A stretch of 64,000 nt of DNA, from contig OZ253545.1 in the NCBI GenBank assembly GCA_965262615.1, positions 1,184,001 through 1,248,000 of the forward strand, in the 5' to 3' direction. This DNA comes from Alphaproteobacteria bacterium. GTDB lineage: Bacteria > Pseudomonadota > Alphaproteobacteria > GM7ARS4 > G965262615. The notes under the pieces are model-generated. The model saw only the letters and a list, made by a program, of their open reading frames with translations, was not told the origin of the DNA and did not search any database. Shown piece by piece: positions 49,138 through 59,226 of this stretch (positions are counted from its first letter, which is position 1; every line of letters starts with the position of its first letter). The translations under genes were made by a program, and so were the position numbers.

Positions 49138-50423
49138 ATCGCCTTGTCGCCGTGTTGCTTGTCGTGCTGTCTGGATGCAGCGTGACTCCCGCCGTTGTTC
49201 TCAAAGGGGAACGCATTGATATTTTCGTGTCTGACACCAGTGGCATTGACACCATTCCCCGCAGTCAAGACAGCGTGACCTTGCCCCTCTCGCGCGCCAA
49301 TCGCCTGTGGGCACAAAAAGGCAAAGATGGACGCCACAGTGGCGGCAATCTTTCGGTGAAACTGCCTCTGAAAACATCCTGGACTCAATCGGTGGGCGGC
49401 GGCGGCGAGCACAGTATTTTATCACCGCCCATCGTGGCTGAGCGCACCCTTTTGCTCATTAATAAAGACCAAGACATCATCGCCCTTGATGCCTTTGATG
49501 GCACTGAGATATGGAGTGCTCCCGTGTATGATGATGACTCCTCCGATTTTAGCATCGGTCTTGCCTATCACGATGGTGTTGTCGCCACCGTCACCCCCAA
49601 TGGCTTTGTTTCGGTGCATCGCATCCAAGATGGCAGCGTGTTGTGGACCAAAGAACTCAAGCAACCAGTGCGCGCCAGCCCCACCATCAGTGAGGGACGG
49701 CTCTACATCATGACCCTCAGCAATCGCCTTGTCGCCATTGATTTGGAAAGCGGACAATACCTCTGGCAGGATTCCGGCTTGCGGCTGGAACTGGGCTTTC
49801 TCGGCTCGGCATCGCCCGCCGTGGATACCGAACGCAAATTTGTTGTCGCCGCGTACTCATCGGAAGAAATTCGCACCATGAGCAGTGATAACGGTCAAAT
49901 CTTCTGGCAAGTGCAATTGCCTCGTGGCACTCGGCTCGGCATCGCCAATCCGATGGAAGACATCATTGCCGAACCCATCATCAGCAATGAGCGCATCTTT
50001 GTGCTGGGATATGGCGGCGGACTCAGTGCCCTCAATGTCAAAGACGGACAAAGCCTCTGGCAATATCCCGTGCGCAGCTCGCAAATGCCGTGGATGGTGG
50101 GCAACGCCCTTTTGCTCATCACGCGCGACCATCAGCTGGTGGCACTCAATCAAGAGGACGGCTCGTTGTTCTGGTCGGTCAAATTGCCCACATTCGCCAA
50201 TCCACAAGAAAAAGCAGTCCCCCTGCAATGGTATGGCCCCATCGTTGTCAATAACCATGTCGTTGTGGTGAGCTCGGTGGGCAATGTCCGCTTCTACAAT
50301 GCGCGCTCCGGGCAATACAGACAGGGAGTCTTCATCCACAAAGAAATTGAACTTCCCCCCGTTGTCGCCTATGAAAACCTCTATCTGCTCACCCGTCATG
50401 CCGAAGTCATCGCCCTTGAATGA
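49134..50423 (+). CDS. PQQ-like beta-propeller lipoprotein (BamB-like)
   Basis: Lipobox LSGC; repeated G..LW propeller blades. Confidence 0.85.
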   Translation: MNRLVAVLLVVLSGCSVTPAVVLKGERIDIFVSDTSGIDTIPRSQDSVTLPLSRANRLWAQKGKDGRHSGGNLSVKLPLKTSWTQSVGGGGEHSILSPPIVAERTLLLINKDQDIIALDAFDGTEIWSAPVYDDDSSDFSIGLAYHDGVVATVTPNGFVSVHRIQDGSVLWTKELKQPVRASPTISEGRLYIMTLSNRLVAIDLESGQYLWQDSGLRLELGFLGSASPAVDTERKFVVAAYSSEEIRTMSSDNGQIFWQVQLPRGTRLGIANPMEDIIAEPIISNERIFVLGYGGGLSALNVKDGQSLWQYPVRSSQMPWMVGNALLLITRDHQLVALNQEDGSLFWSVKLPTFANPQEKAVPLQWYGPIVVNNHVVVVSSVGNVRFYNARSGQYRQGVFIHKEIELPPVVAYENLYLLTRHAEVIALE

Positions 50424-51813
50424 CCCGCCGCGCATCGCCTTGATGGGCATGCCCAATGTGGGCAAATCAACGCTGTTTAACTGCCTCACCAAAACCCCCA
50501 CACAACGCACGCGCGCCCTCACCGGAAGACTTGAGGGATTGACGCGCGATGTGCGTCATGCCGCGATGCAATCCCTTCACAACATTCCCTATACCCTCAC
50601 CGACACCGCAGGATGTCCGTTTCATGCCAAAGAAGACACGCTGGCTGACCACAGCTGGCGGCACACGCAACAATGCCTGCAGACAAGCCATGCCATTCTT
50701 TTTGTGCTGGACGGACGCTATCCCATGGGCGGTGGTGATGCTCACCTTTTGCAATGGGCGCGTCAGTGGGCGCGTCCCACCCTCATCATTGCCAACAAGT
50801 GCGACCATCACGCGCGCGTCCCCGCTATCAGCGAATGGAGCGACCACGACTTTGCCGCTCCCATCGCCATCTCCTGTGCTCATCGGCGCGACTTGCATCT
50901 CATTCACGAATGGATTGATGATATTTTGCCTGCGTCATCATCGCCATCCACGACGACCCAAAAAACTTCTCCATTTGTTGTGAGCATTATTGGCAAGCCC
51001 AATGTGGGAAAATCCACCCTTGCCAATCAGCTCATTGGCACAGAATCCATGCTGGTGAGTGACATCGCTCACACCACCCGTGATGCCATCGCCCACCACC
51101 TTCCCATTCGTCTGCATGATGATGCCCCCTGTCTGCTGTATGACACGGCAGGGCTCACCCGCAACAAACACAGCAAACAAAGCCTTCCCCAAGCACGAAG
51201 GCAAACGCTGCAAGCCATCAGCGAATCTCATCTCACCCTCATCATGCTGGATTGCCGTGAGCCTCCCAGCAAGCAAGATTTTGCCATCGCCGATACCGCC
51301 ATTCAAAATCTCACCACACCACTGGTGGTGCTCAATAAGTGTGACCTCATCACCGCCGCCGCCAAAGCACACATTCAAAAACAATGCCGCGCCATCGCCG
51401 CCGCCCGCATGGCACAAATCGGTGATGTCCACATCATCGCCATCAGTGCCCACAACAAACGCCATGTGGAACAAGTCAAGAAACACATCAGTGCCATGCG
51501 CAAAAAAATGGTGCGCATGTGTCCAACCCATGCCCTCAATCGGTGGCTACAACACATCGTCATGCAACAGCCACCGCCGCGCGGCAAAAGTGGTGTCATC
51601 AAAATGCGCTACATCACTCAGACCCACCACTCACCACCCCAATTCACCCTTTTTGTCAATCGTCCTCGTGAGATGCAGGAATCCTACAAACGCTATGTCA
51701 TGCACCAATTGCGCCGGTTCCTGCACTGTGAAGGCATTGCCATGCGTCTCATCTGGCGCAAAAGCATGACAAGATGGAATGAAAGAGTGACCAATGAGCG
51801 TTTGACCTCATAG
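50398..51813 (+). CDS. der: Ribosome biogenesis GTPase Der (divergent)
   Basis: Two PNVGKS/TRD/DTAG/NKCD sets plus KH-like YITQ...PPQF. Confidence 0.92.
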   Translation: MPKSSPLNDPPRIALMGMPNVGKSTLFNCLTKTPTQRTRALTGRLEGLTRDVRHAAMQSLHNIPYTLTDTAGCPFHAKEDTLADHSWRHTQQCLQTSHAILFVLDGRYPMGGGDAHLLQWARQWARPTLIIANKCDHHARVPAISEWSDHDFAAPIAISCAHRRDLHLIHEWIDDILPASSSPSTTTQKTSPFVVSIIGKPNVGKSTLANQLIGTESMLVSDIAHTTRDAIAHHLPIRLHDDAPCLLYDTAGLTRNKHSKQSLPQARRQTLQAISESHLTLIMLDCREPPSKQDFAIADTAIQNLTTPLVVLNKCDLITAAAKAHIQKQCRAIAAARMAQIGDVHIIAISAHNKRHVEQVKKHISAMRKKMVRMCPTHALNRWLQHIVMQQPPPRGKSGVIKMRYITQTHHSPPQFTLFVNRPREMQESYKRYVMHQLRRFLHCEGIAMRLIWRKSMTRWNERVTNERLTS

Positions 51814-51830
51814 CCACTCATTACTATACT
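51802..51830 (+). promoter_or_regulatory. Near-consensus sigma70 promoter for the flavoprotein-fccAB operon
   Basis: TTGACC-17bp-TATACT followed by a GGAGG SD. Confidence 0.65.
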
Positions 51831-51853
51831 ATGTTATGACAACGGAGGAAGCC

Positions 51854-52510
51854 ATGAGCAAAATCTACAGCACCGCCCACCGCTCTCTGCAAGACCAGTT
51901 TGACACCCGCCGTCTCGCCGATACGGTGGAATCCATCATTGTCCATGACACCATTCAGGAAGACGAGCGCGCCTTTATTGAATCACGAGACTTGTTTTTT
52001 CTCAGCACCATTGATGACCAAGGCAGACCGTCAGTCTCCTACAAAGGCGGCAACAAGGGCTTTGTGCGGGTGGTGGATGAACACACCCTCGCCTTTCCCA
52101 GCTATGACGGCAACGGCATGTTTTTGTCTATGGGCAACATCAGTAGCAATAGCAAGGTGGGATTGCTCTTTATTGACTTTGAACAGCCCCATCGCCTGCG
52201 CGCCTATGGTGAGGCAAGCGTCAGTGATGATGACCCTCTGCTCAAGGAGTATCCCGAATCCCAACTGATTGTACGCATCAAAGTGACCGAAATGTGGCGC
52301 AACTGCCCCCGCTACATTCACAGCTACACCCGTACCGCATCGGCGCGCCATGTGCCTCAAGCCAATAAGGAAACGCCTCTGCCGGACTGGAAAAAACTAG
52401 ACGCTCTGCAGCCCGTCCTGCCCAAAGGCGACCAAGAAAAAGTGCAAGCTCACGGCGGCACGATTTCTATGGAAGAACTGGCTGCCATTGAGCATCGCCG
52501 AGATTCCTGA
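51854..52510 (+). CDS. Pyridoxamine 5'-phosphate oxidase-like flavin-binding protein
   Basis: SYKGG..GFV, YDGNGM, VGLLFIDF and NCPRYI motifs. Confidence 0.88.
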   Translation: MSKIYSTAHRSLQDQFDTRRLADTVESIIVHDTIQEDERAFIESRDLFFLSTIDDQGRPSVSYKGGNKGFVRVVDEHTLAFPSYDGNGMFLSMGNISSNSKVGLLFIDFEQPHRLRAYGEASVSDDDPLLKEYPESQLIVRIKVTEMWRNCPRYIHSYTRTASARHVPQANKETPLPDWKKLDALQPVLPKGDQEKVQAHGGTISMEELAAIEHRRDS

Positions 52511-52872
52511 TGACCTTGCCGCTTGTGCTTGCCCTCCTCCTCTCCATCATGGGAGCGGGTGAGCTGCACGCCATTGATGATGAAGTCAAAAAACGCCTGT
52601 TGGGTCCCCAGCGCACCACTCAGCAAAACTATGCACCGCCTGATGTCACCATCATTGCTCAAAGCTGCATGACCTGTCATGGCTATGAGGGCGCGCTGGA
52701 AGGTTCTTCCATTCCACCACTGGTGCATCATTCGGTGTCGCAGCTCAGAGACCAGCTCATTTTTTTGCGAGACAATCCCGATGCCGCCACCATCATGCAC
52801 CGCCTGCTCATCCCCTTCAGTGACGATGACCTCACCCAACTGGCATCCTATTTTGGCGTGAGTGATGAGTAA
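52510..52872 (+). CDS. fccA: Monoheme cytochrome c, FccA-like subunit
   Basis: Signal peptide, CMTCH and TIMHR axial Met; overlaps fccB. Confidence 0.8.
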   Translation: MTLPLVLALLLSIMGAGELHAIDDEVKKRLLGPQRTTQQNYAPPDVTIIAQSCMTCHGYEGALEGSSIPPLVHHSVSQLRDQLIFLRDNPDAATIMHRLLIPFSDDDLTQLASYFGVSDE

Positions 52873-54178
52873 GCGATCCCACTCCTTCCGCCACACCCGC
52901 CGACGCTTTCTTGCTGGCGGCGCATCGTTGTTGGCATTGCCTCTTGTCTCGCCTTTGTTGGCTAAGTCCTCCAGTCGTGCGCATCGCAAAGCTCATGTGG
53001 TGGTGGTGGGTGGCGGCTTTGCCGGAGCCACCGCGGCGCGCTATTTGCGTCATTCTGTCCCTGATGTTTCTATCACCCTCATTGAGCCCAAGCGCGCCTT
53101 TATCACCTGTCCTTTTAGCAATTATGTCATTGGCGGCTTTCGCTCCATGGAAGACATCACCTTTGACTATCAACGCTTTGACCAAGAACGCATTGCTGTC
53201 ATTCATGGGCGGGTGATGCAAATATCTGACGCGAGCCAGCATGTGACTCTGAGCGACGGCAGCACCGTCCATTGGGATTTTCTCATTCTTGCCCCCGGCA
53301 TTGAATTTGTGTGGGATGCCATCCGCGGTTATGGCGAGAAAATCAGCCCTCGTGCGCCTCATGCGTGGCAGGCGGGCGAACAGACGCAATTGCTACGGCG
53401 GCAACTGCAAGACATGGATGACAACGGCACAGTCGTGCTGACCGCTCCCGACAATCCCTATCGCTGCCCCCCCGCTCCCTATGAGAGAGCCTCCGTCATT
53501 GCCCACTATCTCACACGCCACAAAAAACGAGCCAAAGTGGTGCTTTTAGACCACAAAAACGCCTTCACCAAACAACAACTCTTTCAAGAAGGATGGCGGC
53601 AACTCTATGGCAATCGCATTGAATGGATCTCTGGTGATGAGGGCGGAGCCATCACCGCCTTTGATGCCACCGCCATGACCATCACCACTCGCGGCGCGGG
53701 AACATTCAAGGCATCGGTTGCCAACATTGTGCCACCACAGCGCGCCCCCGCATTGCTCCGACAAGCTCAGCTCAGCGGCGATGACGGCTGGTGTCCCATC
53801 AATGCCTACACCATGCAATCATCCCTCAGTGACAATGACCGAGTTTACATCATTGGCGATGCCATTGACCCTGGCGCCATGCCCAAATCTGGCTTTGCCG
53901 CCAATTCTCAAGGCAAGGCGTGTGCCCGTCACATTGCGTCTCGCCTGCAAGACACACCTCTCACCGAGCCATTGTTCATGAACACCTGCTACAGTTTGCT
54001 TGCTCCCGATTACGGCATTTCAGTGGCGGGCGTGTATCGCGCTGCGCCCCGTGGCATCACCGCCATCAGTGGCGCGGGCGGCGTGAGTCCACTGGCAGCA
54101 TCATCCGATTTTCGCAAAAAAGAAGCCCTCTATGCCGATGGATGGTATCGCGCCATCACCCAAGAAATGTTTCTATAA
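52862..54178 (+). CDS. fccB: Flavocytochrome c sulfide dehydrogenase flavoprotein
   Basis: Tat signal TRRRFL; GGGFAG, CPFSN, YRCPPAPYERAS, MPKSG and NTCYS motifs. Confidence 0.92.
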   Translation: MMSKRSHSFRHTRRRFLAGGASLLALPLVSPLLAKSSSRAHRKAHVVVVGGGFAGATAARYLRHSVPDVSITLIEPKRAFITCPFSNYVIGGFRSMEDITFDYQRFDQERIAVIHGRVMQISDASQHVTLSDGSTVHWDFLILAPGIEFVWDAIRGYGEKISPRAPHAWQAGEQTQLLRRQLQDMDDNGTVVLTAPDNPYRCPPAPYERASVIAHYLTRHKKRAKVVLLDHKNAFTKQQLFQEGWRQLYGNRIEWISGDEGGAITAFDATAMTITTRGAGTFKASVANIVPPQRAPALLRQAQLSGDDGWCPINAYTMQSSLSDNDRVYIIGDAIDPGAMPKSGFAANSQGKACARHIASRLQDTPLTEPLFMNTCYSLLAPDYGISVAGVYRAAPRGITAISGAGGVSPLAASSDFRKKEALYADGWYRAITQEMFL

Positions 54179-54232
54179 GATGCTTAAGCTTCAAGTGATT
54201 GAAAAGTTTTTCCACTCACTTCTCATCACCTA

Positions 54233-55615
54233 TTAAAACAGCGACAGCTGACCTTCCTCGCTCTCCTTGTGGTCAATCAATGGAATCAGATAATCGCCCG
54301 TGAAACAGGCATCACAAAAGCCCTTGTCTTTGCCCACCGAATCAAAGAGTCCTTGCAGCGACAAAAACTGCAAGGAATCCGCTCCGACGGTGCGGGTCAT
54401 CTCATCCACCGATTCATGGCGCACCGCGAGCAATTCCTCACGGGTCGGGGTATGAATTCCATAAAAACACGAATGGCGCACCGGCGGGCTGGCAACACGC
54501 AGATGCACCTCTGTTGCTCCCGCCGCTCGCACCAAATTCACAATTTTGCGTGAGGTCGTGCCACGCACCAAGCTGTCATCCACCAACACCACCCGCTTGC
54601 CACTCACCAGTCGCCGATTGACATTGTGCTTCAAACGCACGCCCAGACTGCGAATTTGATCGGTGGGTTCAATGAAAGTGCGTCCCACATAGTGATTGCG
54701 AATGATGCCCATCACATAAGGCAAATTCGCCTCCTTGGCGTATCCCATCGCCGCCGCACAGCCCGAATCAGGCACCGGAATCACAATATCGGCATCCACC
54801 GGATGCTCACGAGCCACACGACCGCCACACCGCTCACGCACCATGGCAATGTTATCATTCTCTAAGTCACTGTCCGGACGGGCAAAATAGATGTATTCAA
54901 ACAGACAATGAGCAGGCTCTTTTTTCACAAAAGGTTTGAAAAAATGCGCCCCCGTCTCATTAATCACCACCATCTCCCCCGGTTCTATATCACGCTCATA
55001 GCGCGCGCCCACCATATCAAAGGCACAATTCTCCGATGCCAACAGCCAGCCCTCCTCCAAACGCCCCAAGCACAAAGGACGAATGCCATACACATCCCGC
55101 ATGCCAATCAAACAATCCTCCCCCAACACAACCAAGCTATACGCCCCCTCAATATGACGCAGCGCACCCACCAATTGATCCTCCAGCCGAGCGGTCTGTT
55201 GACGCGCCATCAGATGCATAATCACCTCCGTGTCGGTAGTGCTTTGAAAAATCACACCTTGCCGCGTCAATTCCTTGCGGGTGCGGATGGCGTTGGTGAG
55301 CTGTCCGTTGTGTGCCAAAGCAAAGCCATGCTGTCCCCATTGAGCAAACAGTGGCTGAACATTCTTCATCACCACCCCGCCCGTGGTGGCGTAGCGGTTG
55401 TGTCCCACCGCACTGCGCCCTATGAGCTGTTTGATGACCTTGCTCTTATTGAAGCGATCCCCCACCAAACCAAACGCCCGATGAGAGTGAAATCGCTCAC
55501 CGTCATAACTCACAACCCCCGCGGCATCCTGTCCGCGATGCTGAAGGGCATGAAGACCCAACACCGTCAGTGCTGCCGCCTCCTCATGACCAAAAACACC
55601 CATCAAACCACACAT
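54233..55615 (-). CDS. purF: Amidophosphoribosyltransferase
   Basis: N-terminal MCG, LQHRGQ, FEYIYFARPDS and VDDSLVRGTT motifs. Confidence 0.98.
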   Translation of the reverse strand: MCGLMGVFGHEEAAALTVLGLHALQHRGQDAAGVVSYDGERFHSHRAFGLVGDRFNKSKVIKQLIGRSAVGHNRYATTGGVVMKNVQPLFAQWGQHGFALAHNGQLTNAIRTRKELTRQGVIFQSTTDTEVIMHLMARQQTARLEDQLVGALRHIEGAYSLVVLGEDCLIGMRDVYGIRPLCLGRLEEGWLLASENCAFDMVGARYERDIEPGEMVVINETGAHFFKPFVKKEPAHCLFEYIYFARPDSDLENDNIAMVRERCGGRVAREHPVDADIVIPVPDSGCAAAMGYAKEANLPYVMGIIRNHYVGRTFIEPTDQIRSLGVRLKHNVNRRLVSGKRVVLVDDSLVRGTTSRKIVNLVRAAGATEVHLRVASPPVRHSCFYGIHTPTREELLAVRHESVDEMTRTVGADSLQFLSLQGLFDSVGKDKGFCDACFTGDYLIPLIDHKESEEGQLSLF

Positions 55616-56217
55616 TACATTTGCATCACAATCACGGCGTTGTCGTCAAACGAGCGAGTCAAAATCACCCGACTCTGATCGTGTCCCTCATGGGAGCTCC
55701 TTCGCAAGTGACGATTCGGCATATAACGAGGAGACACAAAACTGCGCATCACATCATGAATAAAATCCGCACCCGTCACAATAAAGGGACGAAACCGCGC
55801 ACTGCGCACAACATCAGGCTCGGAAACCGCAGGCACGAGACTCATCAACAAATACGCCAGACAAAAAACGAAAAAACCACGCACCGCCCCAAAAGACAAA
55901 CCCAGCAAACGATCTCCAAAACCCAGCATGCGAGCCAAGTCCAATAAACTATAGACCAAGCGCAACACCAAACTGAAAATAGCCAGCAGCAGAAAAAATA
56001 AAATGCTCCCGCCAACAATGTAAGAGGTCACCACCGATGCCAACGGTAACGCTCGAGCAAAGCGAGGCAAAATAAAATATGTAATCAAAAACGCCGCCGA
56101 CCACGCAATCACACGAAACAACTCGCGGTAAAAACCGCGTATGTAACCCATCAGTGCCGACAACAACACATAGGCAATCACCAGCGTATCCAGATAATTT
56201 TGCGTCAACAGTAACAC
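55615..56217 (-). CDS. cvpA: CvpA family membrane protein
   Basis: RGFYRE and DRLLGLSFGAVRG; upstream of purF. Confidence 0.9.
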   Translation of the reverse strand: MLLLTQNYLDTLVIAYVLLSALMGYIRGFYRELFRVIAWSAAFLITYFILPRFARALPLASVVTSYIVGGSILFFLLLAIFSLVLRLVYSLLDLARMLGFGDRLLGLSFGAVRGFFVFCLAYLLMSLVPAVSEPDVVRSARFRPFIVTGADFIHDVMRSFVSPRYMPNRHLRRSSHEGHDQSRVILTRSFDDNAVIVMQM

Positions 56218-56252
56218 AGTATCCCCTTCATTCTAAATTCATCATAATCAAA

Positions 56253-57389
56253 TTAGAAAAAAATAAAAGACCGTGTATCAGCTGGAATTGTATACATTGC
56301 ATTATAATAATCCGCTATGGAGGAGCGACTCAGGCGCGGCAAACCACTCAAAACATGAGAATCTTGCATTGCCCATGAAACACATGCAGCTTTATTATTT
56401 TTCAACCAAGACAAATTGACCAGCGGCGATAAATTCCCAAAAAGCCACATATCGTCCTTTTTGAATAATTTTTTGAAACAATGCAGATAAGCATATCCGT
56501 AAAAATTCTCTACAGTGACGACAATCCCGTTACGACTTGATGTCATAAAAGAAGCATTGCGTTTGAGAGAATTAATGTCTCTAAAACTATAGTAGTAAAG
56601 ACCAAGAGGCGATTCCTTTAACTCATGGCGACGAGGGGGATATTTGTTGATGTACCCATCGGTTGTATTGTAATCAGCCAATCGCCAAGATTTTTCATTC
56701 TCCAAAAAAGAAAAAGAAAAAGAACCAATGAAATCAAAGTCCATACCCCTTGCATCACGCTCATAAAGCGCAAGAACAATAGGAAATTGTGATGATGATT
56801 TTGTAAACCAATCACTTGAAAATAACTCACCTCTGATGAGGCGGTAATTGTTCTTAAAGCACTTCAGTCTCTCAAAATTAGCCTTCTTAATCAGATAAGA
56901 CAACGGATGAAGAACACACACAACATCAGCTCTTAATAAGTCATAACTTCTAAGAAAAGAAATACCTTTATCCCTGTCAACAAGAGCACAATCGCACTCA
57001 TGACTGCCTTTTTGCCCTTTCTTGTAGGATGATGTGATATCATTGTAAGGTGGATTGCCCACCATAATCAAAAAATCATCATCCCCAATGGCATACGCTT
57101 CTCTTCTGACACCAAGCAAAGCATTGCCATAAAATAAATCTTGCCTTGCGTGATGTTGACACAACACATCAAAAGCTTGTCCATCACTTTCAGCAGCTCG
57201 GACTGAGCCATCAATACCATCTAAAAAAGCTCCAAAGCCTGCAGCGTTATCAAAAACAATAGAACAATCGCTGACATAAGGCTTAATCAATTGATGGCAA
57301 CGCCGAACAATGGGAAGAGGAGTGTAAAAACTTCCCAACTGCATCCTCTCCAATACGGAAAGATGTTCCGATATAGAATAAATATCCAT
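56253..57389 (-). CDS. N6-adenine DNA methyltransferase, M.PabI/M.HpyAXII-like
   Basis: GSFYTP, motif I FDNAAGFGAF, motif IV GNPPYND, VCVLHPLSYLIKKANF; AT-rich. Confidence 0.85.
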   Translation of the reverse strand: MDIYSISEHLSVLERMQLGSFYTPLPIVRRCHQLIKPYVSDCSIVFDNAAGFGAFLDGIDGSVRAAESDGQAFDVLCQHHARQDLFYGNALLGVRREAYAIGDDDFLIMVGNPPYNDITSSYKKGQKGSHECDCALVDRDKGISFLRSYDLLRADVVCVLHPLSYLIKKANFERLKCFKNNYRLIRGELFSSDWFTKSSSQFPIVLALYERDARGMDFDFIGSFSFSFLENEKSWRLADYNTTDGYINKYPPRRHELKESPLGLYYYSFRDINSLKRNASFMTSSRNGIVVTVENFYGYAYLHCFKKLFKKDDMWLFGNLSPLVNLSWLKNNKAACVSWAMQDSHVLSGLPRLSRSSIADYYNAMYTIPADTRSFIFF

Positions 57390-57655
57390 CTCACCAACCC
57401 TTGTGCTGCAACGACATTGACAAATGTATCATCCATATCATAGCGAAATATATTCAATTTCAACACATGCTTTTTAAATTCAACGCCGTTCAAACGAGAC
57501 ATCAAGAAGTTATCATAGGAAATCATCCATTCTAAATAAACATTGGGGGCAAACTCTTGCCCTATCTTAAACACCTCATCAAAAGCCTTTCCGCCTTCGC
57601 TTGTTTTGAAGCGAAATCTTCCGCTATTTTTTGCTGGGACCTCAATACAAATCAT
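57287..57655 (-). pseudogene. Truncated R.PabI-family restriction DNA glycosylase
   Basis: GRFRFK and YLEWMISYD match the R.PabI N-terminal motifs (KIRVK, YIEWQISY) as recalled; about half length, C-terminal catalytic part absent. Confidence 0.65.
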
Positions 57656-57670
57656 GGGAGCATCATTTTC

Positions 57671-58444
57671 TCATGATCGCTGTGATGGATGGATTTGAAT
57701 GGGTCCCTGTGCCGACCCTCGCACGAATTGCTCCATGTAGGGATTGCCGCTTTTTTCCATATCAGCAACCTTGCCGTGCCACATAATCGTGCCCTCGTGT
57801 AGCATGGCGACCTTGTCGGCGATTTTACGCACACTCGCCATGTCATGGGTGATGGTCAAAGTGGTGAGCCCCCACTGATCCACCACCGAACGCAAGAGGT
57901 CATTGATGACATCTCCCATAATGGGGTCAAGTCCTGTGGTGGGTTCATCAAAGAAAATGATCTGCGGCTCTCCCGCCAACGCCCGAGCCAAGCCGACACG
58001 CTTTTGCATCCCGCCCGACAATTCCGCAGGACGCAATTGCGCCACCTCTTCTCCAAGTCCCACATCCCGCAACAGCGAGACGGCGCGCTCAAAGCCTTGC
58101 GCCTCACTCATGCCTCTGCCCAACAGCGCAAACGCCACATTGTGCCACACGGGAAGACTGTCAAACAATGCCCCCCCCTGAAACAACATGCCGATGGATG
58201 CCAATAAGTCTCGGCGAGCATGACTATCCATCCCCACCGTCTCTTGTCCATCCACAATGATGCTGCCCCTGTCTGGCTCAATAATTCCCAAAATACATTT
58301 AATCAAAACCGACTTGCCAATGCCTGAGCGTCCAATGACCGCCAGAGACTCCTTTGCCGCAATATCCAGCGACACACCGCTCAACACCTTCTTTGCACCA
58401 AAGGCTTTGTGCACATCACGAATGATCATCTTCGCCGTCATCAA
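57671..58444 (-). CDS. mlaF: MlaF-type ABC ATPase
   Basis: GRSGIGKS, FQGGALFDSL, ELSGGMQKRV and DEPTTGLDPI motifs. Confidence 0.92.
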   Translation of the reverse strand: MMTAKMIIRDVHKAFGAKKVLSGVSLDIAAKESLAVIGRSGIGKSVLIKCILGIIEPDRGSIIVDGQETVGMDSHARRDLLASIGMLFQGGALFDSLPVWHNVAFALLGRGMSEAQGFERAVSLLRDVGLGEEVAQLRPAELSGGMQKRVGLARALAGEPQIIFFDEPTTGLDPIMGDVINDLLRSVVDQWGLTTLTITHDMASVRKIADKVAMLHEGTIMWHGKVADMEKSGNPYMEQFVRGSAQGPIQIHPSQRS

Positions 58445-59223
58445 CCGCCACTCGCAAAAAAGATTCCTGTCAGAATGTAGTTAAAGAATAAAATCAAAAT
58501 AGATCCATTCACCACCGCGAGCGTGGTGGCTCTGCCGACTCCTTCAGCTCCACCTTTGGAATAGAAGCCATGATAGCATCCCATCACCGTAATGATAAAA
58601 CCAAACACCGCTGCCTTCACCAACCCGGATGCCACATCATTAAAGCGCAAAAATTCCCAAGTGTTGGCGAGATAAACCGCGCCATTGAAATCCAAACGCA
58701 AGACACTCACCAAAAATCCGCCCATCACGCCAATAATGTCCGCCACCAACACCAGCACTGGCAACACCACAACGCCCGCCACGACGCGCGGCACAATCAA
58801 ATACTTAACGGGATGGGTGGTGAGGGTAATGAGTGCGTCAATTTGCTCGGTCACCCGCATCGTTCCAATTTCAGCGGCGATGGATGCCCCCACTCGTCCG
58901 CTCACCATTAATCCTGCCAGCACAGGACCCAGTTCTCTCGTCACCGCCAACACCACAATGTTGGGAATCGCCGCCTCAGCCGAAAAACGCGAAAATCCCG
59001 TGTAGCTCTGCAACGCCAACACCATCCCCGTAAAGACCGCCGTCAAGCCCACCACAGGCAGCGAGTAATAGCCAATGATGACCATCTGTCTGACACATTG
59101 CCTGCCATAAAAGGGCGGCAGAACCACATGAGCCACCGACTGTCCCGCAAACTGCACCAGCGACCCCAATGATGCCAATGCACCCATCACACCTCGCCCC
59201 ACCATGCGCGACATATTCATCAT
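58441..59223 (-). CDS. mlaE: MlaE-type ABC permease
   Basis: RELGPVL, AEIGTMRVTEQIDAL and GAEGVGRATT motifs. Confidence 0.94.
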   Translation of the reverse strand: MMNMSRMVGRGVMGALASLGSLVQFAGQSVAHVVLPPFYGRQCVRQMVIIGYYSLPVVGLTAVFTGMVLALQSYTGFSRFSAEAAIPNIVVLAVTRELGPVLAGLMVSGRVGASIAAEIGTMRVTEQIDALITLTTHPVKYLIVPRVVAGVVVLPVLVLVADIIGVMGGFLVSVLRLDFNGAVYLANTWEFLRFNDVASGLVKAAVFGFIITVMGCYHGFYSKGGAEGVGRATTLAVVNGSILILFFNYILTGIFFASGG

Positions 59224-59226
59224 ATC

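Noticed and set aside
57671-59223. Incomplete Mla system (no mlaD/C)
   Set aside because: A stand-alone mlaEF pair near dnaB is common in Alphaproteobacteria.
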